Shown: positions 1 through 6,858, counted from the first letter of the stretch. The stretch is DNA of 64,000 nt from Treponema sp. (GCA_017449285.1 JAFSJX010000105.1:112687-176686); one strand, 5' to 3'. Numbers and translations are program-made. The notes: generated from the letters alone by a model not told the origin.

Positions 1-25
1 TACTGCCTCGCTGTCCTCAAGTCGC

Positions 26-397
26 TCATGTCTCCGCCCCCAGCTGAACCACAAGGAAGATGCGCATGAAGCCCACCGTGGTGTCAGGCTCCGCGAACGA
101 GACGAACATTCGCTGCGCCTTGCCGTGAATGTCCGTCCAACTGAGCCGCCAGCCGCGCCGTGGGGTAAGGATGTTTCCGTCGTCGTCCGCCACGCGGTCT
201 GACACATAAGTTGCGTAGCAGGTGCGCCCCGCTATCGCGTTCCCCTCGGTGTCAGTCTGGAAGCCGACATCGTACAGAATCATCTTCACTTCCCAGCTTC
301 TGCCGCCCCCGTCCGTGAGCGTGCAGAGTGTGTTTCCCGCCTGCTCGCCCTCAATCGTGAGCGCGGCATCCCTCTTGGCAAGAAGCCGCAGGTTCAC
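26..397 (-). CDS. Hypothetical phage protein, 123 aa (head-tail region by position)
   Basis: ORF starts 3 nt after the stop of the upstream 400..753 gene in the late operon. I recognise no motif. Confidence 0.5.
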   Translation of the reverse strand: MNLRLLAKRDAALTIEGEQAGNTLCTLTDGGGRSWEVKMILYDVGFQTDTEGNAIAGRTCYATYVSDRVADDDGNILTPRRGWRLSWTDIHGKAQRMFVSFAEPDTTVGFMRIFLVVQLGAET

Positions 398-399
398 TG

Positions 400-753
400 C
401 TACTTGTCCTCGGTCTTTTTGCCGTCGTCAGCTTTTTTGCCGTCGTCAACTTTTTTGCCGTCGTCAACCTTTTTGCCGTCGTCAGCGTTTTTGCCGTCGT
501 CAGCTTTTTTGCCGTCGTCAGCGTTTTTGCCGTCGTCAACTTTTTTGCCGTCGTCAGCTTTCTTACCGTCATCAGACTTGGCAGATTCGTCTGCGGGTTT
601 ACCCGCGTCCTCCACAATCTTATTTGCCGAAACAAGCGTTTTGATTACGTCCGTTTCAAGCGCGTTTTCGGGGATAGCCTCGCCCGCACCAAGCACCACG
701 CCCTTAACAGTCAGCGCAACGCCGTCACAAACCTTATATTTCTTGTTAGCCAT
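400..753 (-). CDS. Small phage protein with C-terminal DDGKK[A/V/N] hexapeptide repeats
   Basis: ATG at 753 (MANKKYKV) is preceded by GAGGAG. An N-terminal ~60-aa non-repeat domain is followed by about 9.5 hexapeptide repeats encoded by the 18-bp tandem repeat. Confidence 0.6.
   Translation of the reverse strand: MANKKYKVCDGVALTVKGVVLGAGEAIPENALETDVIKTLVSANKIVEDAGKPADESAKSDDGKKADDGKKVDDGKNADDGKKADDGKNADDGKKVDDGKKVDDGKKADDGKKTEDK
414..575. repeat. 18-bp tandem repeat (about 9 copies), in-frame coding
   Basis: Unit ttttttgccgtcgtcaRc is repeated contiguously with point variants. It stays open in several frames, which explains the artefactual ORFs 222..644, 351..635 and 404..820. Confidence 0.9.
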
Positions 754-778
754 AATAATCTCCTCAAACGAAAACTTT

Positions 779-1888
779 TTATACAACCTGTGTCTTCAGA
801 CAGCCATAGCGGTCAATTGACACAGGAATTGAAAGCGGTCTACATTTCGCCTCTGCCGTGTAAGTGTCCTGAGACTCATCCTCAAAGACGCGGTTGTTCA
901 CGCGGATAAAGCCCGTGCCCTCCCCGCTGTTACCGAATGTGACAACAGACGGCACAACCTGCGTAAACGGCTCTTTCATGCCCAGAGACGGAATGCCGCC
1001 GTACACCGTGCGGAAGTCCAAATCTTCGGGACGAGCCGTAACGATAGCCGCATCCTTGTCCAAGAACCGCTGCGGGGTGGAATTGGCGAGCGTCTTGTAA
1101 GTGCCGCTGAAAGTCCAGATTTCAAGCGTATGGCTGCCAAAGTCAGCCATGCCGTGATACACGCCGCCACGAGTGCGCAAGCCCGGCTGCAAAGTGCCAA
1201 GCCCCAGCCCGTCCTTCTTCACGAATTCCTTAAAGATGTCGTCTTTCAGAAGATTCTTCCAAGCGTCATCGCCAAGAATGAGCAGGGCGGGTTCAGTCTG
1301 ACCGTCCGCCGCCACCACATCGGCAAGCGCGGCAACATCCTCAACCGGCGTTGCGTTCGCGTTTCCCCAACCCACCGCCGCCGTCGGAAAGTGCGTCACA
1401 GCCGCGCCAAAGTCAAGGTCAAAACTCGTGTTGTCCTTGTCGTCCTTCAGCGTCACTCTGCCCGTCTGCATAATCTGAGCCGCCTGCAAGTCCACCTGCA
1501 AGCCAATCATGCGGTGGAACTTCGAGAGCGCGCGCACGATTTTCGCCGCAAGCCGTCCAAACCAACTTCCCACGCGCTCCGCGTCGTCGCTCTCGCCCGG
1601 CATACGCTCCAAAAGGCTCATCAGGTCAATCGGCTCTTTCAGCCCGATATACGGCGGGCGGAACTTGTGCTCTTTCCAGCTGTCGCTTTTCACGATGACA
1701 GCACCCGTGCGCGAGTCGCGCAAAGTGGGAGCAACAGTGTTAGTCGTGCGCTCCACATCCAATTCCACATACTCGGCGTTGGTGTAATCCTCTTCCGTAG
1801 TCTTGAAAAAAAACGAAAAGAAGCCGCGCTCCACATTGCGCCGCCCGTCCGTAAACATTCTAAGAACTTTCTTCAAAAATTCAGGCAT
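779..1888 (-). CDS. Phage major capsid protein, lambda gpE-like family
   Basis: 369 aa, located directly after a gpD-like gene and a protease gene. Overall sequence is like the major capsid protein E family. Confidence 0.8.
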   Translation of the reverse strand: MPEFLKKVLRMFTDGRRNVERGFFSFFFKTTEEDYTNAEYVELDVERTTNTVAPTLRDSRTGAVIVKSDSWKEHKFRPPYIGLKEPIDLMSLLERMPGESDDAERVGSWFGRLAAKIVRALSKFHRMIGLQVDLQAAQIMQTGRVTLKDDKDNTSFDLDFGAAVTHFPTAAVGWGNANATPVEDVAALADVVAADGQTEPALLILGDDAWKNLLKDDIFKEFVKKDGLGLGTLQPGLRTRGGVYHGMADFGSHTLEIWTFSGTYKTLANSTPQRFLDKDAAIVTARPEDLDFRTVYGGIPSLGMKEPFTQVVPSVVTFGNSGEGTGFIRVNNRVFEDESQDTYTAEAKCRPLSIPVSIDRYGCLKTQVV

Positions 1889-1901
1889 TTCCGTCTCCTA
1901 C

Positions 1902-2291
1902 TTAAACCTCGCGCACAGGAAGCGCAAGAATATTGTTTTTGCGCAAAGCGTCCGCCTGCGCATCCGTCAGGGCATTGCCGCCCATATTCACAAGGTTTCT
2001 GTTCACCTTGCCGCTGATGCACACGCGCACCGCATAGTCGCCCGCCTCGGTAATCGGGGCTTCCACGCGGTCAACAAGAATAAACAGCGCACCGTCCGTG
2101 TCCGCCGCCACCTCGTACTTTCCGTCACCGTTTCTGGTGAGCACCGTGCCATCCGTAATGTTGATGGTCTGACCGCTTCCAGCGGCCGCCACCGTCAAAA
2201 CGCCCGTCTCAAACTCGTTGTCGCCAAAGAGCAATGTCTTAGGCTCAATCGAGCGCGTCTCATGGATTCCGTTAATCGTCCCCATCGTCAT
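1902..2291 (-). CDS. Head decoration protein, lambda gpD-like
   Basis: 129 aa, between protease/scaffold and capsid as in lambda. Sequence is gpD-like (GVLTVAAAGSGQTI..., AVRVCISGKVN). Confidence 0.7.
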   Translation of the reverse strand: MTMGTINGIHETRSIEPKTLLFGDNEFETGVLTVAAAGSGQTINITDGTVLTRNGDGKYEVAADTDGALFILVDRVEAPITEAGDYAVRVCISGKVNRNLVNMGGNALTDAQADALRKNNILALPVREV

Positions 2292-2643
2292 ATCCTCCCG
2301 ACTTCAATGCACTGTCAAACGCCGCGCACATCGCCTTACTGTCCGCATTCTTGTCATTCTTCGGCGGGTTCACGTCAGGAATGCTCTTCTCATCCTCAGC
2401 CTGTGCCGCCAAAGCCTGCGCAGCCTTCCCCTTGTCAAAGAAAGCGTCCACAACCTTTTCGTCTGCGGGGTCAGCCCCGTTTCTGATACATTCAAGAGCA
2501 TAGTCAGTGCATCCCGCTCGCTCGCCCATAGCCAAAAGGCGATTGACACGGGCCTGCTCTTTGCACACCCCAGCCTTTTCGCCGTCTGCCATCACCGTGT
2601 TAAACACATCGGGATGAGCCTTTTTAAGTTCCTCAGCTGTCAT
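2272..2643 (-). CDS. Putative nested scaffold protein (Nu3-like) from an internal in-frame start
   Basis: In-frame ATG at 2643 (MTAEELKK) is preceded by AAGGGGG with a 5-nt spacer and lies just downstream of the hairpin at 2692..2709. Lambda C/Nu3 has the same nested arrangement. Confidence 0.4.
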   Translation of the reverse strand: MTAEELKKAHPDVFNTVMADGEKAGVCKEQARVNRLLAMGERAGCTDYALECIRNGADPADEKVVDAFFDKGKAAQALAAQAEDEKSIPDVNPPKNDKNADSKAMCAAFDSALKSGGYDDGDD

Positions 2644-3444
2644 CGCAGCCCCCTTTTCGTTTCCGGCACCCGCCGTTTTTTCCGTATTGCTACTACTCAC
2701 GAGAGTAGTGAATCCCCAAGCCTTGGCCGCCGCCGCATAATCACGATGCGGCGCATCCTTTCCCCGCTTTGCCTGAACAGACCGCATCAACTCGCACGAC
2801 TTGTCAAAAGTCGCCTTCGCACTATGAATGCAGCAATCCTTTCCCGCATTGACGACAAGCCCCTTGTCAATGTCCGCCTGATATTCCGGCTGAATGATTG
2901 CGTCAGCAAAACCGCCGTCAAGGATTTCATTTCCCCAAAGCCATGTCTCCGCGTCCATCATCGCGCGGATCTCGACATCGCTTTTGCCCGTCTTGCGCAC
3001 ATACACCGCGCGAAGCATGTCATCAACCTTGCCGAACCACTCCGCACCCTCGCGCATATCGTTCGCGTTCCCAACGACAATCCCCCAAGCGTTGTGAATC
3101 ATGTAAACGGAATTATCCTCGGCAACAACAACATTCTTCTCAGGGTTCACGCTGTTCGCCGCAAGCGCAATCACGCTCGCCATGCTCGCAGCCATCCCCT
3201 GAATATACGTATTGATTGTCACATCCGGATGATTCCGCGCGAAGTCGCGGATAAGATTGAAAATCGTGATTCCCTCAAACACATCACCGCCGGGAGAATC
3301 AATCACAATCCGCACCTCAGATTCGCCCGCAGGAAAAGCGGCAAGCACCTCGCGTACATGACGCGCCGAAATCTCCTCCGACACGCCCGTGTACTGCTCC
3401 CACCAGTCCTCGCCGATAACCTTGTCTATCAACAATTCATACAT
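2272..3444 (-). CDS. ClpP/S49-type prohead protease fused in frame to a scaffold-like C-terminal domain (lambda gpC-like)
   Basis: Motifs IDSPGGDV and GMAASMAS are typical of ClpP/SppA-type phage proteases. I prefer the start MYELLIDK at 3444, which lies 7 nt after a TAAAAA box, over the track start at 3477. Confidence 0.8.
   Translation of the reverse strand: MYELLIDKVIGEDWWEQYTGVSEEISARHVREVLAAFPAGESEVRIVIDSPGGDVFEGITIFNLIRDFARNHPDVTINTYIQGMAASMASVIALAANSVNPEKNVVVAEDNSVYMIHNAWGIVVGNANDMREGAEWFGKVDDMLRAVYVRKTGKSDVEIRAMMDAETWLWGNEILDGGFADAIIQPEYQADIDKGLVVNAGKDCCIHSAKATFDKSCELMRSVQAKRGKDAPHRDYAAAAKAWGFTTLVSSSNTEKTAGAGNEKGAAMTAEELKKAHPDVFNTVMADGEKAGVCKEQARVNRLLAMGERAGCTDYALECIRNGADPADEKVVDAFFDKGKAAQALAAQAEDEKSIPDVNPPKNDKNADSKAMCAAFDSALKSGGYDDGDD
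2692..2709. repeat. ACTACT-N6-AGTAGT hairpin, copy inside the protease/scaffold ORF
   Basis: actact cacgag agtagt, at the junction of the protease and scaffold domains. Confidence 0.8.
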
Positions 3445-3527
3445 AAATCTATTTTTAACGAGAAAAAATAAAAACACTATTCCCTAAACACTTTTTTTTA
3501 ATTTTTTTTATCTCCACGCAAAAAAAA

Positions 3528-3553
3528 GCCGACTACTCTCAAAAGTAGTCGGC
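3528..3553 (-). terminator. Rho-independent terminator; member of the ACTACT/AGTAGT hairpin family
   Basis: gccgactact ctcaaa agtagtcggc. On the minus strand it is followed by a run of 8 T (3520-3527), ending the 3560..4055 peptide operon. Confidence 0.75.
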
Positions 3554-3559
3554 CAAATC

Positions 3560-3793
3560 CTACGCCATGCCCTCCAAGCCCAGCACCTGCTCCAGCTCGC
3601 CCGCCCAGTTTTCCACCTCAACGCTTGCCGCAAGCGCCGTCCCTGGCCGCAGATGGATTTCTCTCTTGTCCATGTTCCTGAGCAAATCCGCGAACATGCG
3701 CATCGTGTTCAGCTTGTCAATCACCAGCGTTTCCACGTCATCAGGCAAATACACCTCTTCATGCTCCAGCCTTATTGCCGCAACAGAACCCAT
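3560..3793 (-). CDS. Hypothetical 77-aa soluble protein, third gene of cassette 1 peptide operon
   Basis: ATG at 3793 lies 7 nt after the stop of the 25-aa peptide gene. The track start at 3799 is a GTG two codons upstream. Confidence 0.45.
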   Translation of the reverse strand: MGSVAAIRLEHEEVYLPDDVETLVIDKLNTMRMFADLLRNMDKREIHLRPGTALAASVEVENWAGELEQVLGLEGMA

Positions 3794-3799
3794 ACACAC

Positions 3800-3877
3800 C
3801 TACCTTAGCACGTTTATCACGATAAACGCGCCGAACACCACGACAAACGCCGCAAGATAAAAATACGTCCTTTTCAT
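3800..3877 (-). CDS. Mini membrane peptide B1, 25 aa (MKRTYFYLAAFVVVFGAFIVINVLR)
   Basis: Read manually; too short for the ORF track. SD-like AAGGGG lies upstream of the ATG, and the peptide has one hydrophobic helix. Position matches B2 and B3. Confidence 0.4.
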   Translation of the reverse strand: MKRTYFYLAAFVVVFGAFIVINVLR

Positions 3878-3916
3878 TTGACACCCCTTGTCAGTTTGAT
3901 TTATAATAAGCGCTAA

Positions 3917-3937
3917 GAGCGGTTGTTCAGACCGCCC
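3917..3937. repeat. Conserved intercistronic hairpin between A and B peptide genes (copy 1)
   Basis: gagcggt tgttcag accgccc. The 24-mer gagcggttgttcagaccgccctt is identical at 5268-5291. Confidence 0.8.
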
Positions 3938-3950
3938 TTGCGGATTGGTA

Positions 3951-4055
3951 CTACCTAAGCACCAGACTGAGTATTGTTGCGATTGCGGTTATCAGGGTTG
4001 CAATCGCAACAATCCAATCCGTTACCTTCGGCTTGTCTTCATTTTCCCTTTCCAT
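3951..4055 (-). CDS. Mini membrane peptide A1, 34 aa (MERENEDKPKVTDWIVAIATLITAIATILSLVLR)
   Basis: Read manually. AAGGAGG lies 8 nt upstream of the ATG. Charged N-terminus followed by one C-terminal TM helix. Confidence 0.45.
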   Translation of the reverse strand: MERENEDKPKVTDWIVAIATLITAIATILSLVLR

Positions 4056-4098
4056 GTCATTCACCTCCTTATCAAGGCTCTTTGCTCTTGATGTTTAC

Positions 4099-4127
4099 AA
4101 TATACACTATTTTGTTTCTCTTGTCAA
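4099..4127 (-). promoter_or_regulatory. Sigma70-type promoter for cassette 1 peptide operon
   Basis: Minus strand reads TTGACA, 17 nt, TATATT. The downstream 5'UTR carries the conserved 31-mer that includes the SD. Confidence 0.5.
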
Positions 4128-4169
4128 TAATCAAAAGAAACTTTTTTGTTATTTTTGCACATTTTTGCA

Positions 4170-4198
4170 TTGTCTTTGTATCTGTTTTTGTGTATAAT
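4170..4198 (+). promoter_or_regulatory. Promoter of HTH1, predicted to give a leaderless mRNA
   Basis: TTGTCT, 17 nt, TGTGTATAAT. The ATG at 4205 is 6 nt after the -10 box and there is no SD. Confidence 0.5.
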
Positions 4199-4204
4199 CA
4201 GCGT

Positions 4205-4423
4205 ATGAACAGTACAGAATACATCAGACTTTGCCTAGTCAAGCGGAACAACATGTCAGTTGCAGAGCTTGCCGAAAAAACAGGTCAGACACGGCAAAAC
4301 CTTTCCAACAAAATGCAGCGCAACGAATGGAAGCAGGCCGAACTTGAAAAAATCGCCGCCGCCTTGGATGCCGACCTCGACATCCGCTTCATCGACCACG
4401 CCACCGACGAGCCGATAATCTAG
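4205..4423 (+). CDS. Small Xre-type HTH protein, cassette 1 (72 aa)
   Basis: MSVAELAEKTGQTRQNLSNKMQRN is a helix-turn-helix of the Xre/Cro type. Paralogous to 4891..5106 and 5563..5787. Confidence 0.75.
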   Translation: MNSTEYIRLCLVKRNNMSVAELAEKTGQTRQNLSNKMQRNEWKQAELEKIAAALDADLDIRFIDHATDEPII

Positions 4424-4426
4424 CAT

Positions 4427-4456
4427 TTTCCCGCCGCCCAAAAGAGCGGCAGGAAA
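4427..4456. terminator. Bidirectional hairpin between HTH1 and cassette 2 peptides
   Basis: tttcccgccgc ccaaaaga gcggcaggaaa. The same element, with a perfect stem, recurs at 5110..5139. Confidence 0.6.
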
Positions 4457-4470
4457 GCGCTATGTATCCG

Positions 4471-4560
4471 TTACTGCTGCTTTCTGGAAAGAACCCGCAC
4501 CAAAATGCGGCATACAACCGCAATACCCAGACAAACCAGAATCGCAATTTTCAAAGCCAT
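4471..4560 (-). CDS. Mini membrane peptide B2, 29 aa (MALKIAILVCLGIAVVCRILVRVLSRKQQ)
   Basis: Read manually. TAAGGAGG lies 6 nt upstream of the ATG. TM helix followed by a basic tail. Confidence 0.45.
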   Translation of the reverse strand: MALKIAILVCLGIAVVCRILVRVLSRKQQ

Positions 4561-4652
4561 GTTGACCTCCTTAAAAAAATCAGTGTAGTATCTATGTAAA
4601 CCCCGCCCGTGGAGCAGTCCGAAGCGGGGGCAATTTCATTCAAGGTCAGCCG

Positions 4653-4742
4653 TTAGACGAACAGCAGAATGACCATCAGAATGAAGCTGGCAATCGTTAC
4701 GACGTCTGCAACGGTTGCCAGCACTTTTCTAAGCTTGCTCAC
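4653..4742 (-). CDS. Mini membrane peptide A2, 29 aa, GTG start (VSKLRKVLATVADVVTIASFILMVILLFV)
   Basis: Read manually. AGGAGG lies upstream, and the GTG sits inside a 2-codon ATG-AAG-TGA mini-ORF. C-terminal TM helix. Confidence 0.35.
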   Translation of the reverse strand: MSKLRKVLATVADVVTIASFILMVILLFV

Positions 4743-4854
4743 TTCATATTCACCTCCTTATCAAGGCTCTTTGCTCTTGACAGTTATAATAATAACGAAA
4801 TAGTTATAATTTGTCAATAAAAATATTTCCTTTTTCGTTATTATTTTCATTAAA

Positions 4855-4883
4855 TTGACATTTTTTTTTATTTATAATAATAT
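4855..4883 (+). promoter_or_regulatory. Promoter of HTH2, predicted leaderless
   Basis: TTGACA, 17 nt, TAATAT. The ATG at 4891 is 7 nt downstream and there is no SD. Confidence 0.5.
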
Positions 4884-4890
4884 TTTTCAC

Positions 4891-5106
4891 ATGGATTTAG
4901 CAGAAAACATAAAAATTATTTGCATAAAACGCAAAATATCAATGACAGAACTCGCCGAAAAAACAGGTCAGAGTCAGCCAAATCTTGCAAACAAGTTGAA
5001 ACGCAATGATTTCAAAAACTCTGAACTTGAAAAAATCGCCGCCGCTCTGGACTCTCACCTAGAAATTAAATTTATCGACAACGCAACCAACCAACCGATA
5101 ATCTAG
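4891..5106 (+). CDS. Small Xre-type HTH protein, cassette 2 (71 aa)
   Basis: MTELAEKTGQSQPNLANKLKRN...ELEKIAAALDSHLEIKFIDNATNQPII; paralogue of HTH1 and HTH3. Confidence 0.75.
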   Translation: MDLAENIKIICIKRKISMTELAEKTGQSQPNLANKLKRNDFKNSELEKIAAALDSHLEIKFIDNATNQPII

Positions 5107-5109
5107 CAT

Positions 5110-5139
5110 TTTCCTGCCGCCCAAAAGAGCGGCAGGAAA
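5110..5139. terminator. Bidirectional hairpin after HTH2 (copy of 4427..4456)
   Basis: tttcctgccgc ccaaaaga gcggcaggaaa, a perfect 11-bp stem. Confidence 0.6.
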
Positions 5140-5142
5140 GCG

Positions 5143-5226
5143 CTACAACAGCACAGCCATAGCGACCATGCACGCGCCCATAACGCACAGGCACACCGCA
5201 ATCAAAATCTTTGTTTTCTTAGCCAT
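5143..5226 (-). CDS. Mini membrane peptide B3, 27 aa (MAKKTKILIAVCLCVMGACMVAMAVLL)
   Basis: Read manually. GGGGG SD-like sequence upstream; basic N-terminus plus TM helix. Confidence 0.4.
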   Translation of the reverse strand: MAKKTKILIAVCLCVMGACMVAMAVLL

Positions 5227-5267
5227 ATTGACCCCCATTGAAATAAAATCTATATTTTCCAGTAAAG

Positions 5268-5288
5268 GAGCGGTTGTTCAGACCGCCC
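5268..5288. repeat. Conserved intercistronic hairpin between A and B peptide genes (copy 2)
   Basis: Same sequence as 3917..3937, again between an A-type stop and a B-type start. Confidence 0.8.
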
Positions 5289-5296
5289 TTTACTGG

Positions 5297-5413
5297 TTAT
5301 TTAACCAGTGCTACAACCAGCCCTGCAACGCTTGCCGCTGTTCCGACCAGCGCAAGCAGCTTCCAGAACCAGTCTTCGGGAAGCTTGCAGGGCTTCTTTT
5401 TTTGCTCATCCAC
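5297..5413 (-). CDS. Mini membrane peptide A3, 38 aa, GTG start (VDEQKKKPCKLPEDWFWKLLALVGTAASVAGLVVALVK)
   Basis: Read manually. AAGGAGG lies upstream and the GTG overlaps a 3-codon mini-ORF, ATG AGT GGA TGA. N-terminus is homologous to A4 (DEQKKK vs NEQKKW). Confidence 0.4.
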   Translation of the reverse strand: MDEQKKKPCKLPEDWFWKLLALVGTAASVAGLVVALVK

Positions 5414-5562
5414 TCATAATCACCTCCTTACCAGTGCCGTTGCGCTCTTGATGTTTATATAATAAACCTTTTTACTTATTTCGTCAACAGTAAATATAAA
5501 CTTTTTTGCTTTTTTTTATACTTTTTGTTGCTAAAATCATCTTTTTTGTTTATTATAAAAAT

Positions 5563-5787
5563 ATGGCTATAGATATTTCAGAATACATCGATTTATGTTT
5601 GGTAAAAAGAGGCAAAATGTCTCATGCAGAACTTGCCCGACTTACAGAACAGTCGCCGCAAGTCATCTTTAAGAAATTCAAGAACGGGACATTTAAAATT
5701 TCCGAGCTGGAAAAAATCGCCGCCGCGCTCGACAGCCGCCTTGACATTCGTTTCCTCGACAACGCAACCGGCGAGCCGATAATTTGA
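5563..5787 (+). CDS. Small Xre-type HTH protein, cassette 3 (74 aa)
   Basis: MSHAELARLTEQSPQVIFKKFKNG...ELEKIAAALDSRLDIRFLDNATGEPII. The ATG directly follows an AT-rich -10-like box (tattataaaaat) with no SD. Confidence 0.7.
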   Translation: MAIDISEYIDLCLVKRGKMSHAELARLTEQSPQVIFKKFKNGTFKISELEKIAAALDSRLDIRFLDNATGEPII

Positions 5788-5818
5788 CCGCCGCAAAAAA
5801 AGGCAGTATCATAGCACC

Positions 5819-6265
5819 ATGACCTACGAAGAAGAACTAAATCTGTACAACTGGACAAAAGAAACCTGTGATTTTCTCGATGAGGAAAGGCTTTACCAGC
5901 AGCACAGCTTTGATGAATGGCTCTTGAAAATCTGCGCGGGGGTTTTCGGCGTGTCGTTCGCCTTTATCGAGAAACTCATTGACTTTTCGGTAGCCGTCTG
6001 GAAGCCGCTTCTTTCCGCGAGCTGGTTCTTGTTCGCGCTCTGCCTTGTCGCCGAAATCTTTAACTTTATGAACTCCGAAAAACTTTACCGCTTGGACATA
6101 ATCAGCCGACAGAATGATTACGACAATCAGGCTCACGGCAAGAATCTTCCCACTGATTTGGTAAGAAAAACGGCGTTCATTGGTAAGTACATGAATTATG
6201 TGTCATTTGTTTTGTTCTTGGCGGGAGTTATATGTTTGGTTTCATTCATAGCAAAAAATATATAG
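5819..6265 (+). CDS. Hypothetical 148-aa membrane protein (about 3 TM) co-oriented with HTH3
   Basis: Starts 31 nt after the HTH3 stop with no intervening terminator. Hydrophobic segments include GVFGVSFAFI, SWFLFALCLVAEIF and VSFVLFLAGVICLVSFI. I recognise no family. Confidence 0.55.
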   Translation: MTYEEELNLYNWTKETCDFLDEERLYQQHSFDEWLLKICAGVFGVSFAFIEKLIDFSVAVWKPLLSASWFLFALCLVAEIFNFMNSEKLYRLDIISRQNDYDNQAHGKNLPTDLVRKTAFIGKYMNYVSFVLFLAGVICLVSFIAKNI

Positions 6266-6326
6266 ACCCTAGGGATATTCCGCAAAACCCGCGCCCCATG
6301 CCCAATCCCCCGCCAACGCCGACACA

Positions 6327-6377
6327 GAAATAAAATTCATCGACAACGCAAAACAATCAGCCGATTATTTGAACTGA
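6327..6377 (+). pseudogene. 3'-terminal fragment of a cassette HTH gene
   Basis: Encodes EIKFIDNAKQSADYLN, matching the C-terminus LEIKFIDNATNQPII of HTH2. There is no upstream coding part. Confidence 0.5.
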
Positions 6378-6384
6378 ATGTTTT

Positions 6385-6426
6385 GCATGATTAAACATCA
6401 TCATTTTTTGATAACTTTGTCAAATA
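6385..6426 (-). repeat. Duplicate of the higB-like promoter plus start codon (copy of 7712..7753)
   Basis: gcatgattaaacatcatcattttttgataactttgtcaaata versus gcatgattaaacattatcattttttgataatattgtcaatat, about 90% identical. This copy drives only a 7-codon stub, MQNIQFK. Confidence 0.7.
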
Positions 6427-6460
6427 GAAATAACGGCCGCCATAAGCGACCGCTGTAATC

Positions 6461-6658
6461 TTAAATAATCATTATTGCAGGGGCTTTCCCGGAAGAAATC
6501 AATTTCAAGGCTGCTTGAATTCGTTTCTGTGAATCCTGATTCAGATTTTCAGATTCTTCCTTGTATTTTCTGTATTCTTGCAGAGCGTATCCCCATTTGA
6601 TGGCGTTTTCCCTGTCTCTGCGCCTCCGCTCCCATTCTTTAATGCGCTCCGTATCCAT
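6461..6658 (-). CDS. Hypothetical 65-aa highly charged protein (cassette 4)
   Basis: AAGGGAGGG lies 8 nt upstream of the ATG, and the gene follows the A4 peptide gene by 32 nt. Confidence 0.45.
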   Translation of the reverse strand: MDTERIKEWERRRRDRENAIKWGYALQEYRKYKEESENLNQDSQKRIQAALKLISSGKAPAIMII

Positions 6659-6690
6659 AATCTTCGCCCTCCCTTATTTTGCAAAAATTG

Positions 6691-6840
6691 TTATGAGCGT
6701 TGCCACCGTAAGAACGATAGACACTCCCTGCAAAGCGATAAACGCGAGGTAATGGCGGTCAAGGTTGTCTGAATCGCCGTAATCACTATTGCGACTAGTG
6801 CCAGCTTTTCAGCCCTTGACCATTTTTTTTGCTCATTCAC
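6691..6840 (-). CDS. Mini membrane peptide A4, 49 aa, GTG start (VNEQKKWSRAEKLALVAIVITAIQTTLTAI...)
   Basis: Read manually. AAGGGGG lies upstream and the GTG overlaps the mini-ORF ATG AGT GAA TGA, the same architecture as A3. Confidence 0.35.
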   Translation of the reverse strand: MNEQKKWSRAEKLALVAIVITAIQTTLTAITSRLSLCRECLSFLRWQRS

Positions 6841-6858
6841 TCATAGTCACCCCCTTAT

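Noticed and set aside
414-575. Possible CRISPR array, because of regularly spaced repeats.
   Set aside because: The units are contiguous 18-mers with no spacers, and they are in-frame coding sequence. There are no cas genes in the window.
222-820. Three long ORFs across the 18-bp repeat (222..644 with CRRQLF repeats, 351..635 with LTTAKK repeats, 404..820 with FLPSS repeats).
   Set aside because: A perfect 18-bp periodic sequence stays open in several frames on both strands. Only the minus-strand frame that starts at the SD-preceded ATG at 753 has a non-repetitive N-terminal domain and fits the operon.
2218-3471. Long antisense 'shadow' ORFs opposite well-supported genes (for example 1130..2017, 2218..3471, 9296..10213, 17847..18683, 53522..54334, 60987..61928).
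   Set aside because: Each lies fully inside a gene with clear family motifs on the other strand. Each translates to Arg/His/Leu-rich low-complexity sequence and lacks an SD or promoter context.
3800-5413. Interpreting the mini membrane peptides as an ordinary phage lysis cassette (holin/antiholin).
   Set aside because: No endolysin or spanin gene is adjacent. The unit is repeated four times, each with its own repressor-like HTH gene, and it lies in the head-gene region rather than at the end of the late operon. This cannot be excluded without experiments.
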